A DNA stretch of 64,000 nt from Patescibacteria group bacterium (GTDB lineage: Bacteria > Patescibacteriota > Minisyncoccia > Phycocordibacterales > PALSA-1337), in assembly GCA_028865095.1 (NCBI GenBank), contig JAGWLA010000002.1, positions 49,319-113,318 of the forward strand. The letters run 5' to 3'. A program made the translations under genes and the position numbers. Below, in pieces: positions 56,721 to 64,000 of this stretch (position 1 is its first letter; every line of letters starts with the position of its first letter). Under the pieces are notes generated by a model. That model was not told the origin of the DNA. It saw only the letters and a program-made list of their open reading frames with translations, and did not search any database.

Positions 56721-58018
56721 AGATATCCAAGTTCCAGCTCATCGTCCTCATCGCGTTCGTCGCGTTCCTCGTCGTCGGCGTGATCCTCTTCTCGACCTTC
56801 AAGAACAATTCGACGTCGTCGCAGCTCCCCGCCATCACCATCTGGGGCACGTTCCCGAAGGCGACGTTCGACCAATATGTGGCGACCATCGATACGACTT
56901 CGTCCCAGAGGCTGACGGTCGACTATGTCCAGAAGCAGCCGGCGGCCTTCACCGGCGACTTCATCGCCGCTCTCGCCCGGGGGGCCGGGCCTGACGCTAT
57001 CCTGATCGGCGTCGACCAGCTCCTCTCGAACGAGGACAAGCTGACGCCCATACCGTATTCCGCTTTGCCGCAGCGCACGTTCCTCGATACCTACATCCAG
57101 GAGGGCGACCTCTATCTCGGCCCGAACGGGGCGCTCGGCATACCGTTCGTCGTCGACCCCCTGGTCATGTATTGGAATCGCGACCTCTTCAATTCCGCCG
57201 GCGTGGCGACGCCGCCCGCCACTTGGAACGCTTTCGACCCCTTGATCAAGGCTCTGACCGTCAAAGACTCCAGTGGCACGATATCCCGCAGCGCCGTCGC
57301 CATGGGCGATTTCACCAACGTGGACAATGCCCGAGAGCTCTTCGGGACCCTGCTCATGCAGTCGGGCGACCCGGTGACGTCCGTCGGCTCCGACGGCTCC
57401 ATCAAGAGCGGCCTTTCATCGAGCGCCCGGAGCAGCCCGATCCCCGCCCTCCAGTTCTTCGCCAAGTTCGTCGACCCGTCGAACGCCGACTATTCCTGGA
57501 ACAGGAGCTGGCCCGACTCGAAGACCGCCTTCCTGGCCGGCAATCTCGCGACGTATTTCGGCTTCGCATCCGAGCTCTCCGACATCAAAGCCAAGAACCC
57601 CAATCTCGGCTTCGACGTGGCGGCGCTCCCGCAAGCGAGCTCCGGCGGCGTGGCTGCGACGTATGGCAAGATGTACGGCTTCTCGCTGGTCAAGGCGTCG
57701 AGCAACACGTCCGCCGCGTACCAGGTCATCGCCACTTTGGCGTCGCCGCAGTATCTGTCGTCCCTCGAGAAGCAGCTCTATCTGCCTTCCGTCCTTCGGA
57801 CGAACATCGCCGCCGGGTCGAGCGATCCCTATGTCTCCATCTTCGACAAATCCGCCCTCATCGCCGACGCGTGGCTCGATGCCGACCCCGCCCAGTCCTC
57901 GCAGATATTCGGCGCCATGGTCCAGGCCGTGACGAGCGGCCAGAAGACCGCCGAACAGGCGGTCCGCGACGCGGGAGGCCAGTATGACGCCCTCTTGCAG
58001 AGAGCGCTCCAACAATGA
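56717..58018 (+). CDS. membrane-anchored extracellular solute-binding-protein-like protein
   Basis: N-terminal TM anchor (FQLIVLIAFVAFLVVGVILF) followed by about 400 aa resembling ABC sugar-type substrate-binding proteins (ITIWGTF, PFVVDPLVMYWNRDLF, W-rich). No permease or ATPase genes adjacent. The listed ORF 56195-58018 is a frame chimera. Confidence 0.45.
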   Translation: MKISKFQLIVLIAFVAFLVVGVILFSTFKNNSTSSQLPAITIWGTFPKATFDQYVATIDTTSSQRLTVDYVQKQPAAFTGDFIAALARGAGPDAILIGVDQLLSNEDKLTPIPYSALPQRTFLDTYIQEGDLYLGPNGALGIPFVVDPLVMYWNRDLFNSAGVATPPATWNAFDPLIKALTVKDSSGTISRSAVAMGDFTNVDNARELFGTLLMQSGDPVTSVGSDGSIKSGLSSSARSSPIPALQFFAKFVDPSNADYSWNRSWPDSKTAFLAGNLATYFGFASELSDIKAKNPNLGFDVAALPQASSGGVAATYGKMYGFSLVKASSNTSAAYQVIATLASPQYLSSLEKQLYLPSVLRTNIAAGSSDPYVSIFDKSALIADAWLDADPAQSSQIFGAMVQAVTSGQKTAEQAVRDAGGQYDALLQRALQQ

Positions 58019-58023
58019 CCTTA

Positions 58024-58541
58024 TGAAGAAGACCCGACGGCAAATGCTCGCGTACGCTCTCGCCGCCCTCCTCGCGGCGGGCGCTCCGGCCGCCGCCGCG
58101 CTGGCCCAGAGCTCGACGGTCGGTTCGGGGCAGGTCCAGATCAATCAGGCGCCGACCAATGGCCCGTTCGGGGCTTTCCAGATCGTCCAGTGCGATGGGC
58201 CGACCTTGCCGGGGGACGCCTCTTCGCTGGCTTATCTGGCTTCTTTCAAAGCCCAGACCGGGCGCGACTATGTGCCGTGCGACTTCAAGGGCTTCATGGG
58301 ACAGGTCCAATTCCTGATGAACGTCATGATCGTCCTCGGCGTCCTGGCCGGCATCGGGGTGTCCGCCTATGCCGGCTATCTCTATATCACCGGCACCGAG
58401 AAGAACATATCGAAGGCCAAGGAGATATTCCCAAAACTGGCGTGGGGCTTTATACTTATGCTGACCGCTTGGTTCATCGTCTATCAGATCCTGGTGTGGC
58501 TGACGGGCAGCGGCGGGTATCTGGCCGGCGGCGGGTCGTAA
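58024..58541 (+). CDS. TrbC/VirB2-like secreted pilin-type protein (paralog 1)
   Basis: Sec signal peptide with AxA site (AAALAQ/SS), mature domain with two hydrophobic helices (FLMNVMIVLGVLAGIGVSAYAGYLYI and WGFILMLTAWFIVYQILVWL), Gly-rich tail. Confidence 0.5.
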
Positions 58542-58542
58542 C

Positions 58543-59124
58543 ATGCATCGTATGGATAGCCGATATATCATGACCATAAAGAATACTATGAGAGACAACG
58601 AATCAGGGGCGAACACGCGCCTGGCCCTCTGTCTCGCGTTCGTCGCTGTCTTCGCTCTCAACATGTCGGCGGTCGCTCGCGCCGATACTGCGAACACCGG
58701 GGGACAGCAATCGCCCGCCCCCTCGACGGGCGGGCAACAATCTCCTCCTCCGCCGACCACGGGCCAGCAATCGCAAACGCCTCCGTCGAGCTCGCAAGGT
58801 TCCTTCTACCTCCAGAATCCCTTGAGTAGCCAGTTCAACACCGTCGGCGGCTTGGTGGACGGGTTCATGCAGATCTTCTCGTATCTGGCCGTGCTCTTCG
58901 CGGTCTTCATGCTCATCTGGGTCGGCTTCCAGTTCGTCCTCGCCCAAGGGAAGCCCGACCGCATGAAGGAGCTCAAGAATTGGCTCCTGTATATCGTCAT
59001 CGGGGTGGCGGTCGTCATCGGCGCCCGGATCATCGTGAGCGTGGTCATCAACACCCTTCAGGCCACGGGGACGGTGAACCAAGGGGTCATCACCAACGCC
59101 AACAACGCCCTTAACGGCAATTAA
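58543..59124 (+). CDS. TrbC/VirB2-like pilin-type protein (paralog 2)
   Basis: Signal peptide (LALCLAFVAVFALNMSAVARA/DT), Pro/Gln/Ser-rich spacer with GGQQSP repeats, two TM helices (IFSYLAVLFAVFMLIWVGF and LLYIVIGVAVVIGARIIV). Confidence 0.5.
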   Translation: MHRMDSRYIMTIKNTMRDNESGANTRLALCLAFVAVFALNMSAVARADTANTGGQQSPAPSTGGQQSPPPPTTGQQSQTPPSSSQGSFYLQNPLSSQFNTVGGLVDGFMQIFSYLAVLFAVFMLIWVGFQFVLAQGKPDRMKELKNWLLYIVIGVAVVIGARIIVSVVINTLQATGTVNQGVITNANNALNGN

Positions 59125-59138
59125 CATAGAATAATCAC

Positions 59139-59555
59139 ATGACCATGCCAAAAAAGCCTTTTGCCTTCGCCCTCTCGACGCTCGCGGCGCTGCTGCCGCT
59201 CGCATCGTACGCCCAGACGACCATCCCGCTCGGAGTGACCGTCGCCCCCAGCAACACCAATCCGCAGACGCTCGCCGACGTCATCGGCGTGGTCATCTAC
59301 TATCTGAACGCCGCGCTCGGGCTGATGATGGCCTTCGCCGTGGTCATGTTCGTCTGGTACGTCATCCAGTATTTCATCAAGGCCGACGCCGACCGGAAGG
59401 CGGCGGGGACATACGTCCTCTTCAGCGTCATCGGCTTCTTCGTCATCCTCTCCATCTGGGGCCTCGTCAACATCCTCGGCGGCACCTTCGGCTTGAGCAA
59501 CCAGAGCAATTCGTATCAGACCTGGCAGAGCTTCGGCGGCCTCTTCCCGCGGTGA
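59139..59555 (+). CDS. TrbC/VirB2-like pilin-type protein (paralog 3)
   Basis: Signal peptide (ALLPLASYAQ/TT), two TM helices (VVIYYLNAALGLMMAFAVVMFVWYVI and VLFSVIGFFVILSIWGLVNIL). Confidence 0.5.
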   Translation: MTMPKKPFAFALSTLAALLPLASYAQTTIPLGVTVAPSNTNPQTLADVIGVVIYYLNAALGLMMAFAVVMFVWYVIQYFIKADADRKAAGTYVLFSVIGFFVILSIWGLVNILGGTFGLSNQSNSYQTWQSFGGLFPR

Positions 59556-59668
59556 CGCGCCCGGCGGTAATCCACAGCCGGCCCGGGTAGGGCGCCCCCG
59601 CTCTGGTATAATGGCGGGAGCTCAACGAAGCAGCAACCCTTAGCAGATAACAATAACCATAACTACCA

Positions 59669-60028
59669 ATGAAGAAAGCAATCGCAGCGATCGCCCTCCT
59701 CGCCCCTTCGGCGGCGTTCGCGCAGACCCCTATCAATAACGTCAGCTCGCTCACGGTCACGCTGACCAACATCGGCACGACCGTCATCAGCGTGCTCATC
59801 GCCCTTGGCGTCATCTGGATCGTCTGGAACGCCGTCCAGTTCATCATGAACGCCGACAACGAAGAGAAGCGCAAAGAGAAGGGCCTCGCCATGCTCTGGG
59901 GCATCGTCGGCCTGTTCGTCATCCTCTCCATCTGGGGCCTCGTGGCCATCCTGACCGGCACGTTCACCACGACCGGCAATAATGCTCCGACCGGCCAGTT
60001 CCCGCAGGTCAAGACGTTCGTCCAATAA
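59669..60028 (+). CDS. TrbC/VirB2-like pilin-type protein (paralog 4)
   Basis: Signal peptide (ALLAPSAAFAQ/TP), two TM helices, shares the ILSIWGLV motif with paralog 3. Has its own TGGTATAAT promoter at 59604-59612. Confidence 0.5.
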   Translation: MKKAIAAIALLAPSAAFAQTPINNVSSLTVTLTNIGTTVISVLIALGVIWIVWNAVQFIMNADNEEKRKEKGLAMLWGIVGLFVILSIWGLVAILTGTFTTTGNNAPTGQFPQVKTFVQ

Positions 60029-60039
60029 TCGGAATCGGC

Positions 60040-60318
60040 ATGATCGTTTACGCCGCTTCTTCCATCGATCCCGTCGCTTTCGGGAAGGTCGTCGACCCGA
60101 TCATCGCCAACATCGTCGACCCGATCATCGAGCTCATCTTCGCCGTCGCCCTGATCGCCTTCATATACGGCATCTTGCAGATGGTCACCCACGGGACGGA
60201 TTCCGACGCCCACCAGCGGGGCAGGATGAGCATGCTCTCCGGCGTCATCGGCATGTTCATCATGATGTCGGCCTGGGGCATCATCAATATCGTCGCCGGC
60301 ACGGTTGGGCAGTTCTAA
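60040..60318 (+). CDS. pilin-core-like small membrane protein (paralog 5, no signal peptide)
   Basis: Two hydrophobic helices (IIELIFAVALIAFIYGILQMV and SGVIGMFIMMSAWGIINIVAG) matching the mature-domain pattern of the four preceding genes. Confidence 0.4.
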   Translation: MIVYAASSIDPVAFGKVVDPIIANIVDPIIELIFAVALIAFIYGILQMVTHGTDSDAHQRGRMSMLSGVIGMFIMMSAWGIINIVAGTVGQF

Positions 60319-60330
60319 GGGGCGCGGATC

Positions 60331-60370
60331 GATATAAAAACAAGCCGCGGGAGTTATGCTCCTGCGGCTT
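60331..60370. terminator. 12-bp-stem hairpin between convergent genes (terminator for the minus-strand gene, possibly bidirectional)
   Basis: AAGCCGCGGGAG-TTATG-CTCCTGCGGCTT. On the minus strand it is followed by GTTTTTAT. Confidence 0.45.
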
Positions 60371-60401
60371 GGTGCGTGCGATCTTCGCCATTGCTCGATA
60401 G

Positions 60402-60854
60402 TCAGTAGTGATACACTTCGTACTCGAGAATGACCGGCCCTTTGATCACGATGCCGGATGTCCTCCAGCGGAACCCGCCGAGACGATGTCCGCTCGTGTC
60501 GATAGTCTGGCCTTGGTTGAAACCATAGGCTCTATCTGGTTCGCCCGGATCCTGTACCTGGTAGGCATAATCGCTCTTGTCAGAGCCGATAGGCGCTACC
60601 ATCCCCGAAACGATCTTGTATCGTATGCCTTGGCCTTTATTCAGGTCGACCGCTACGGCCTTGGACCATTCATGGCTCAAGGTGATATAGCCGGATTCGA
60701 CCAGAATGCAGGTCGGCTCGGCGCTCGCCGGCGCTTTCATCCTGCCGTGCAATGCGCCCGAGAAGGCGTTCCCGACCGCTTCCCAATCACCGGCGACGAA
60801 TATGCAGACGGCTACGACGAGGGTGATGAGCATTATCTTCACTAAGGTTTTCAT
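60402..60854 (-). CDS. hypothetical exported protein
   Basis: Signal anchor MKTLVKIMLITLVVAVCIFVAG, then a soluble about 125-aa domain. No family recognised. Confidence 0.35.
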   Translation of the reverse strand: MKTLVKIMLITLVVAVCIFVAGDWEAVGNAFSGALHGRMKAPASAEPTCILVESGYITLSHEWSKAVAVDLNKGQGIRYKIVSGMVAPIGSDKSDYAYQVQDPGEPDRAYGFNQGQTIDTSGHRLGGFRWRTSGIVIKGPVILEYEVYHY

Positions 60855-60855
60855 T

Positions 60856-62100
60856 CTATCCTCTCTTTGTTCTGTTGGGATCGACTTGTGTGACGTTGAT
60901 GCCCTGGCCTGTTATGACCTGTTCCACCTTCCCGTCCTCCTCGAGATTCTCTTGGAAGGATTGGTTGCGGAGGTCGGTGACCGTAGGCTTCGGGCCGGTC
61001 TGGTCAGCAGGAACGATGATGTTCCCGTGAGCGTCCCTGACGCCGTTCCAATACAGGTCCGCCCGCAGGGCGATCTGCTGGTTCAGCGTTTCGGTGTTGA
61101 TGACTTCGGAGCGGCGCTTTGCCAAGCGGACCATGACCTCTGTCCTTGCTTTGACGAGCTCGGGCGGAGGTATGGGTATGACCTGGAACTTCCTGAAGGC
61201 GATCCCCGTGCCGCGCGTATCGTCGAGCTCGCTGTTCCGGATCTCCCCATTTGCGCCTTTCCGTCCGATGATGAGAGGGAACAGCGTATTTGCGATCTCG
61301 GGTCCGCCTCTTTCCAATTGATCACCGGTCATCCCGTTGGCGATCCGCTGTACCCACGTGGTGAGGATGCCGTCGAGCTGTTTGATGACTCCCGGCATGC
61401 GCCCGACGTTGGCGAAGTCTCTCAGCTTCTGTCCCCCGGACTTCCAATCTGGAGTGCCGGGGAGATCGTCATTCGCATCCGGTATGATGCTTGTGTTGAA
61501 TATGACGTTAGGGAAGTAGACATCGTCTACTGTCCTTATCGGCTTCTGCATGTTGAAGTCGTGGTCGATCTTCTCGAGCACGATCTCCCGGTATCCGATG
61601 ATCCGCAGCCCCGGGATCCAGTCGAATAGCAGCGTCACGCTGCTCACTTTCGTGGCTGTCATCTGGCCGAAGAAGGTTATCAGCCACACTCTCGTGGGCT
61701 CTTCTTCTTTCGGCCACTTGATGCCGCGCAACATGATGATGCCTGCCATGAGGGGGAATAAGCCCCACCACTCGAGGTGGTAGAGCGAATACCCGCCCCA
61801 TCCGATGCCTCCTATCACGATGGCCAGCAGCGTCCCGCTATACGGGTTCAGCATGCTGGGCCATGGATTGAGCCTGTGCGACCAATATGTCGCAAAGGCC
61901 AGGACCTGCTGTGCGGCTTGGTGCCATCTCCGCAGCTCCTCGCTGATCTGTCGTGCGGCTTCGTGCCACTCCGACAGCTCGTCTCTGATCTGCTGCATGG
62001 CGCAACGCCACTTCAGCAGCTCCTCTCGTATCTTGTTCATACCGTCCTCAATTGTTGTAGCCCCCTGAAAGGGAAGCGATTGTTGTGTCGTTGATGTCAA
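60856..62100 (-). CDS. membrane protein with N-terminal heptad repeats and SPFH/band-7-like C-terminal region
   Basis: N-terminal repeated ELLKWR/ELSEWH/ELRRWH units encoded by DNA repeats at about 61880-62040. Two TM helices (LLAIVIGGIGWGGYSLY and LFPLMAGIIML). SPFH-like segment (VDDVYFPNVIFNTSIIPD...ARTEVMVRLAKRRSEV). Confidence 0.4.
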   Translation of the reverse strand: MTSTTQQSLPFQGATTIEDGMNKIREELLKWRCAMQQIRDELSEWHEAARQISEELRRWHQAAQQVLAFATYWSHRLNPWPSMLNPYSGTLLAIVIGGIGWGGYSLYHLEWWGLFPLMAGIIMLRGIKWPKEEEPTRVWLITFFGQMTATKVSSVTLLFDWIPGLRIIGYREIVLEKIDHDFNMQKPIRTVDDVYFPNVIFNTSIIPDANDDLPGTPDWKSGGQKLRDFANVGRMPGVIKQLDGILTTWVQRIANGMTGDQLERGGPEIANTLFPLIIGRKGANGEIRNSELDDTRGTGIAFRKFQVIPIPPPELVKARTEVMVRLAKRRSEVINTETLNQQIALRADLYWNGVRDAHGNIIVPADQTGPKPTVTDLRNQSFQENLEEDGKVEQVITGQGINVTQVDPNRTKRG

Positions 62101-62195
62101 CGAGCGTTCTTTTTACCCGCCAAGCGCTAGTCTAGCATAATTTTGCATATATGTCAATATTATTTATGCGTCAGTTTGGCCTCAGAACCAGACGA

Positions 62196-62230
62196 ACAAA
62201 ACCCCGCTTCTGCGAACAGAAGCGGGGTTG
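62196..62230 (-). terminator. rho-independent terminator for CDS 62246-63241
   Basis: On the minus strand: CCCCGCTTCTG-TTCG-CAGAAGCGGGG followed by TTTTGTTCG. Confidence 0.55.
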
Positions 62231-62245
62231 AAGGTAAGGCGCTCA

Positions 62246-63241
62246 TCACTTGAGAAGGATCTGGTTCTTCTCTGCAGGGATAGCGTTTGTGATGTCGTGC
62301 AGGCTGCCGGGAGGGGCCTCGGGGATCTCGTAGCGATTGATCACCATTGGCCCATAGACATTGACGTTCGTGGATCCTGTGATCGTCACGTCGCCCATGT
62401 TCATATTGCTCCCGATCATCATGGCTTTGACAGAGTTGTGATTCGTAAGCGAGCCCATCGTCATGTCCCAATTCGTCGAGACAAGCGGTGCTTTTGGCAC
62501 GGCCTGGGTCTGAACCGCTTTGGGATCGCTGACAGGCTGCTTTCCGACGATGCGGCCGCTGAAGGCGTGCCAGATCGCAAAGCATCCAGTCAAGAACACT
62601 AATACGATGACAGCCACGATGACCGCGATCCGTATCCAGCCCCCTTTCGGAGACTGCGACTGGACCGTTGTCGGCGCATGAGGCGGCGCCGCTGCCGGCG
62701 GGGCTCCTGTCGGAGCTGCCGGTTGCGCTGCTGCCGGTGGCGGTGGCGCTGTCGGCGCCCCCGTGCCGGTAGCTGCCGGTCCCGTTGAAGGGGCTGGCGG
62801 CGTCGCGGCCGGCGGAGGCGTAGCCGAAGGCGCTGTCGCAGCAGGCGGCGTTTGGGGCGCCGCTGGCGCTGTCACAACAGGCGTTGCGACAGGCGCTGAA
62901 GGCTGTGCCGCAGGCGCGGGGGACGGGGGAATAGGAGGAGTATAAGGCACGACCGAGAATTTGGTCATACCCGACTTGCCGACAGTAAATGATGCTTGCA
63001 CTGGCGGACCATCGTTTTTGTCGTCGCTGGCCGTTACGGTCAGCTTGTAGTCGCCTGGGTGATCCTTAAGGTCTCCAAGGTCGACACTGCAGCTCTCCGT
63101 ATTTCCCCGGCCCATCTCGTTGTTCTGGCTATCAACGACGATGAACTCGAAGTTCTTTGCCGCCGGGTTCTTTTTCCACGTCACGCTGCATTTGTTGCTG
63201 GAGCATTTAAGCCCCTCGATCATGAGGTCATTCTTTTTCAT
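62246..63241 (-). CDS. hypothetical bitopic protein with Ig-like N-terminal domain and Pro/Ala/Thr-rich linker
   Basis: N-terminal beta-rich domain, about 90-aa PAPT low-complexity spacer, single TM helix (IRIAVIVAVIVLVFLTGCFAIW), C-terminal domain. Lower GC than the genome. Confidence 0.4.
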   Translation of the reverse strand: MKKNDLMIEGLKCSSNKCSVTWKKNPAAKNFEFIVVDSQNNEMGRGNTESCSVDLGDLKDHPGDYKLTVTASDDKNDGPPVQASFTVGKSGMTKFSVVPYTPPIPPSPAPAAQPSAPVATPVVTAPAAPQTPPAATAPSATPPPAATPPAPSTGPAATGTGAPTAPPPPAAAQPAAPTGAPPAAAPPHAPTTVQSQSPKGGWIRIAVIVAVIVLVFLTGCFAIWHAFSGRIVGKQPVSDPKAVQTQAVPKAPLVSTNWDMTMGSLTNHNSVKAMMIGSNMNMGDVTITGSTNVNVYGPMVINRYEIPEAPPGSLHDITNAIPAEKNQILLK

Positions 63242-63344
63242 ACACTGCTGTCTTTCCTTGTGTTGTGCTCAAGGCCCAAGGGCTGAGCGTTTTTTGATTT
63301 TTCAACCAGTTTGTCGGTCGTTTCGCTATATTATATACTATATA

Positions 63345-63384
63345 TAATAAAAAGTCAACCCCATCACGTTTTATGATGGGGTTG
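63345..63384 (-). terminator. rho-independent terminator for CDS ending at 63408
   Basis: On the minus strand: CAACCCCATCA-TAAAACG-TGATGGGGTTG followed by ACTTTTTATTAT. Confidence 0.45.
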
Positions 63385-63407
63385 GTGCTGAATAGCAGAC
63401 GAGACAG

Positions 63408-64000
63408 TCAAGGCTGGCCCTTTTCACCATTGATATGAAGCTTTGCAGCCGCTTGTAAGCCCTCTGCCTCTTGAGGGAGGACGATCTTGAAGCCCCCATC
63501 CTTATGAGTATGCTCTTCGATCTCTTCCCTTGTGACTTCTGGCACGCTATGCCTGTGCTGTCGGCGTAACGTCCCTCCTTTGTTTTGACGGGAGACACCG
63601 AATATTTCATGCGCTTTGTCAACGCGCCGCCGGTAATCTTCTCTGCCTTTGACCCGGTCAGCCATGCGGTCCTTTATCCTGTCGAGGCACTCGCCCCAAC
63701 TGATGCCGCCCTTTCCTTTCCTGCGCAGACCAAGCGTTTTCGACGCAACTACGAGAGGGCTGCCCTTGCAGATCTCGTCCCTGGAGTTGAAGACACACCC
63801 GGACACGGGAATGATCTTTCCTCCCTGGATCTTGTTGTCCTGGAAAAACGCTCCGCCGTAGTACAGGCGCACCTCGGCAAGCGGCGTACCGTCTCGAAGG
63901 GATTGCTCGATTTCTTGCGGTACGAATGGAGCGTAGCGCACCGGCTGGAATTGGATGTTGTCGATGGCGCACATCTCCAGATCTCCATCCTGTTGGACGA
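63408..64000 (-). CDS. hypothetical protein, probably 5-prime-partial at the window edge
   Basis: The reading frame stays open upstream of the listed Met at 63974 to the end of the window. Lys/Arg-rich, no family recognised. Low-GC region. Confidence 0.3.
   Translation of the reverse strand, partial: VQQDGDLEMCAIDNIQFQPVRYAPFVPQEIEQSLRDGTPLAEVRLYYGGAFFQDNKIQGGKIIPVSGCVFNSRDEICKGSPLVVASKTLGLRRKGKGGISWGECLDRIKDRMADRVKGREDYRRRVDKAHEIFGVSRQNKGGTLRRQHRHSVPEVTREEIEEHTHKDGGFKIVLPQEAEGLQAAAKLHINGEKGQP

Noticed and set aside
56195-58018. 607-aa plus-strand ORF spanning the methyltransferase and solute-binding-protein genes
   Set aside because: Frame chimera. The first 175 aa are an alternative frame of the methyltransferase gene (Arg/Pro-rich), and the real solute-binding-like gene starts at ATG 56717.

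Overview
This 64-kb window is high-GC (about 63-66% by eye) bacterial chromosome, mostly housekeeping genes with several lower-GC accessory patches. Housekeeping content: gyrB and gyrA (35 kb apart), a partial dcw cluster (mraZ-rsmH-ftsL-ftsI-murF, with ftsA-ftsZ elsewhere on the opposite strand), PBP2, greA, class I lysyl-tRNA synthetase, a monomeric-type phenylalanyl-tRNA synthetase, RNase R, ribosomal proteins S1 and S21, hisS, lepB, pth, ybeY, trxB, and four tRNAs (Glu-CUC, Val-GAC, Glu-UUC, Ser-CGA). Recurring features (class I LysRS, PheS fused to an FDX-ACB domain, tandem TrbC/VirB2-like pilin paralogs, an extracytosolic flavinylation module, extended -10 TGnTATAAT promoters with near-leaderless starts) point to an uncultivated lineage, possibly CPR/Patescibacteria-like, but I cannot assign taxonomy from sequence alone. 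Accessory patches: (1) a low-GC island at 9.6-13.4 kb with a beta-class DNA methyltransferase, a small PD-(D/E)xK endonuclease and a 508-aa DGQHR (DndB-like) protein with an extra N-terminal domain, followed by a PD-(D/E)xK-fold protein, NUDIX, EVE and a solitary MazF-like toxin; (2) a three-gene split ATP-grasp plus His-swivel phosphotransferase (rifampin-phosphotransferase/PEP-synthase-like) with two paralogous substrate-domain subunits of different GC content (35.9-38.9 kb); (3) an ApbE / FMN-binding protein / membrane FNR-like reductase operon (40.1-43.0 kb); (4) five tandem secreted two-TM pilin-like proteins (58.0-60.3 kb). No CRISPR array, rRNA, integrase or transposase was seen. Many long ORFs in the six-frame track are antisense artefacts of high GC and were not called.
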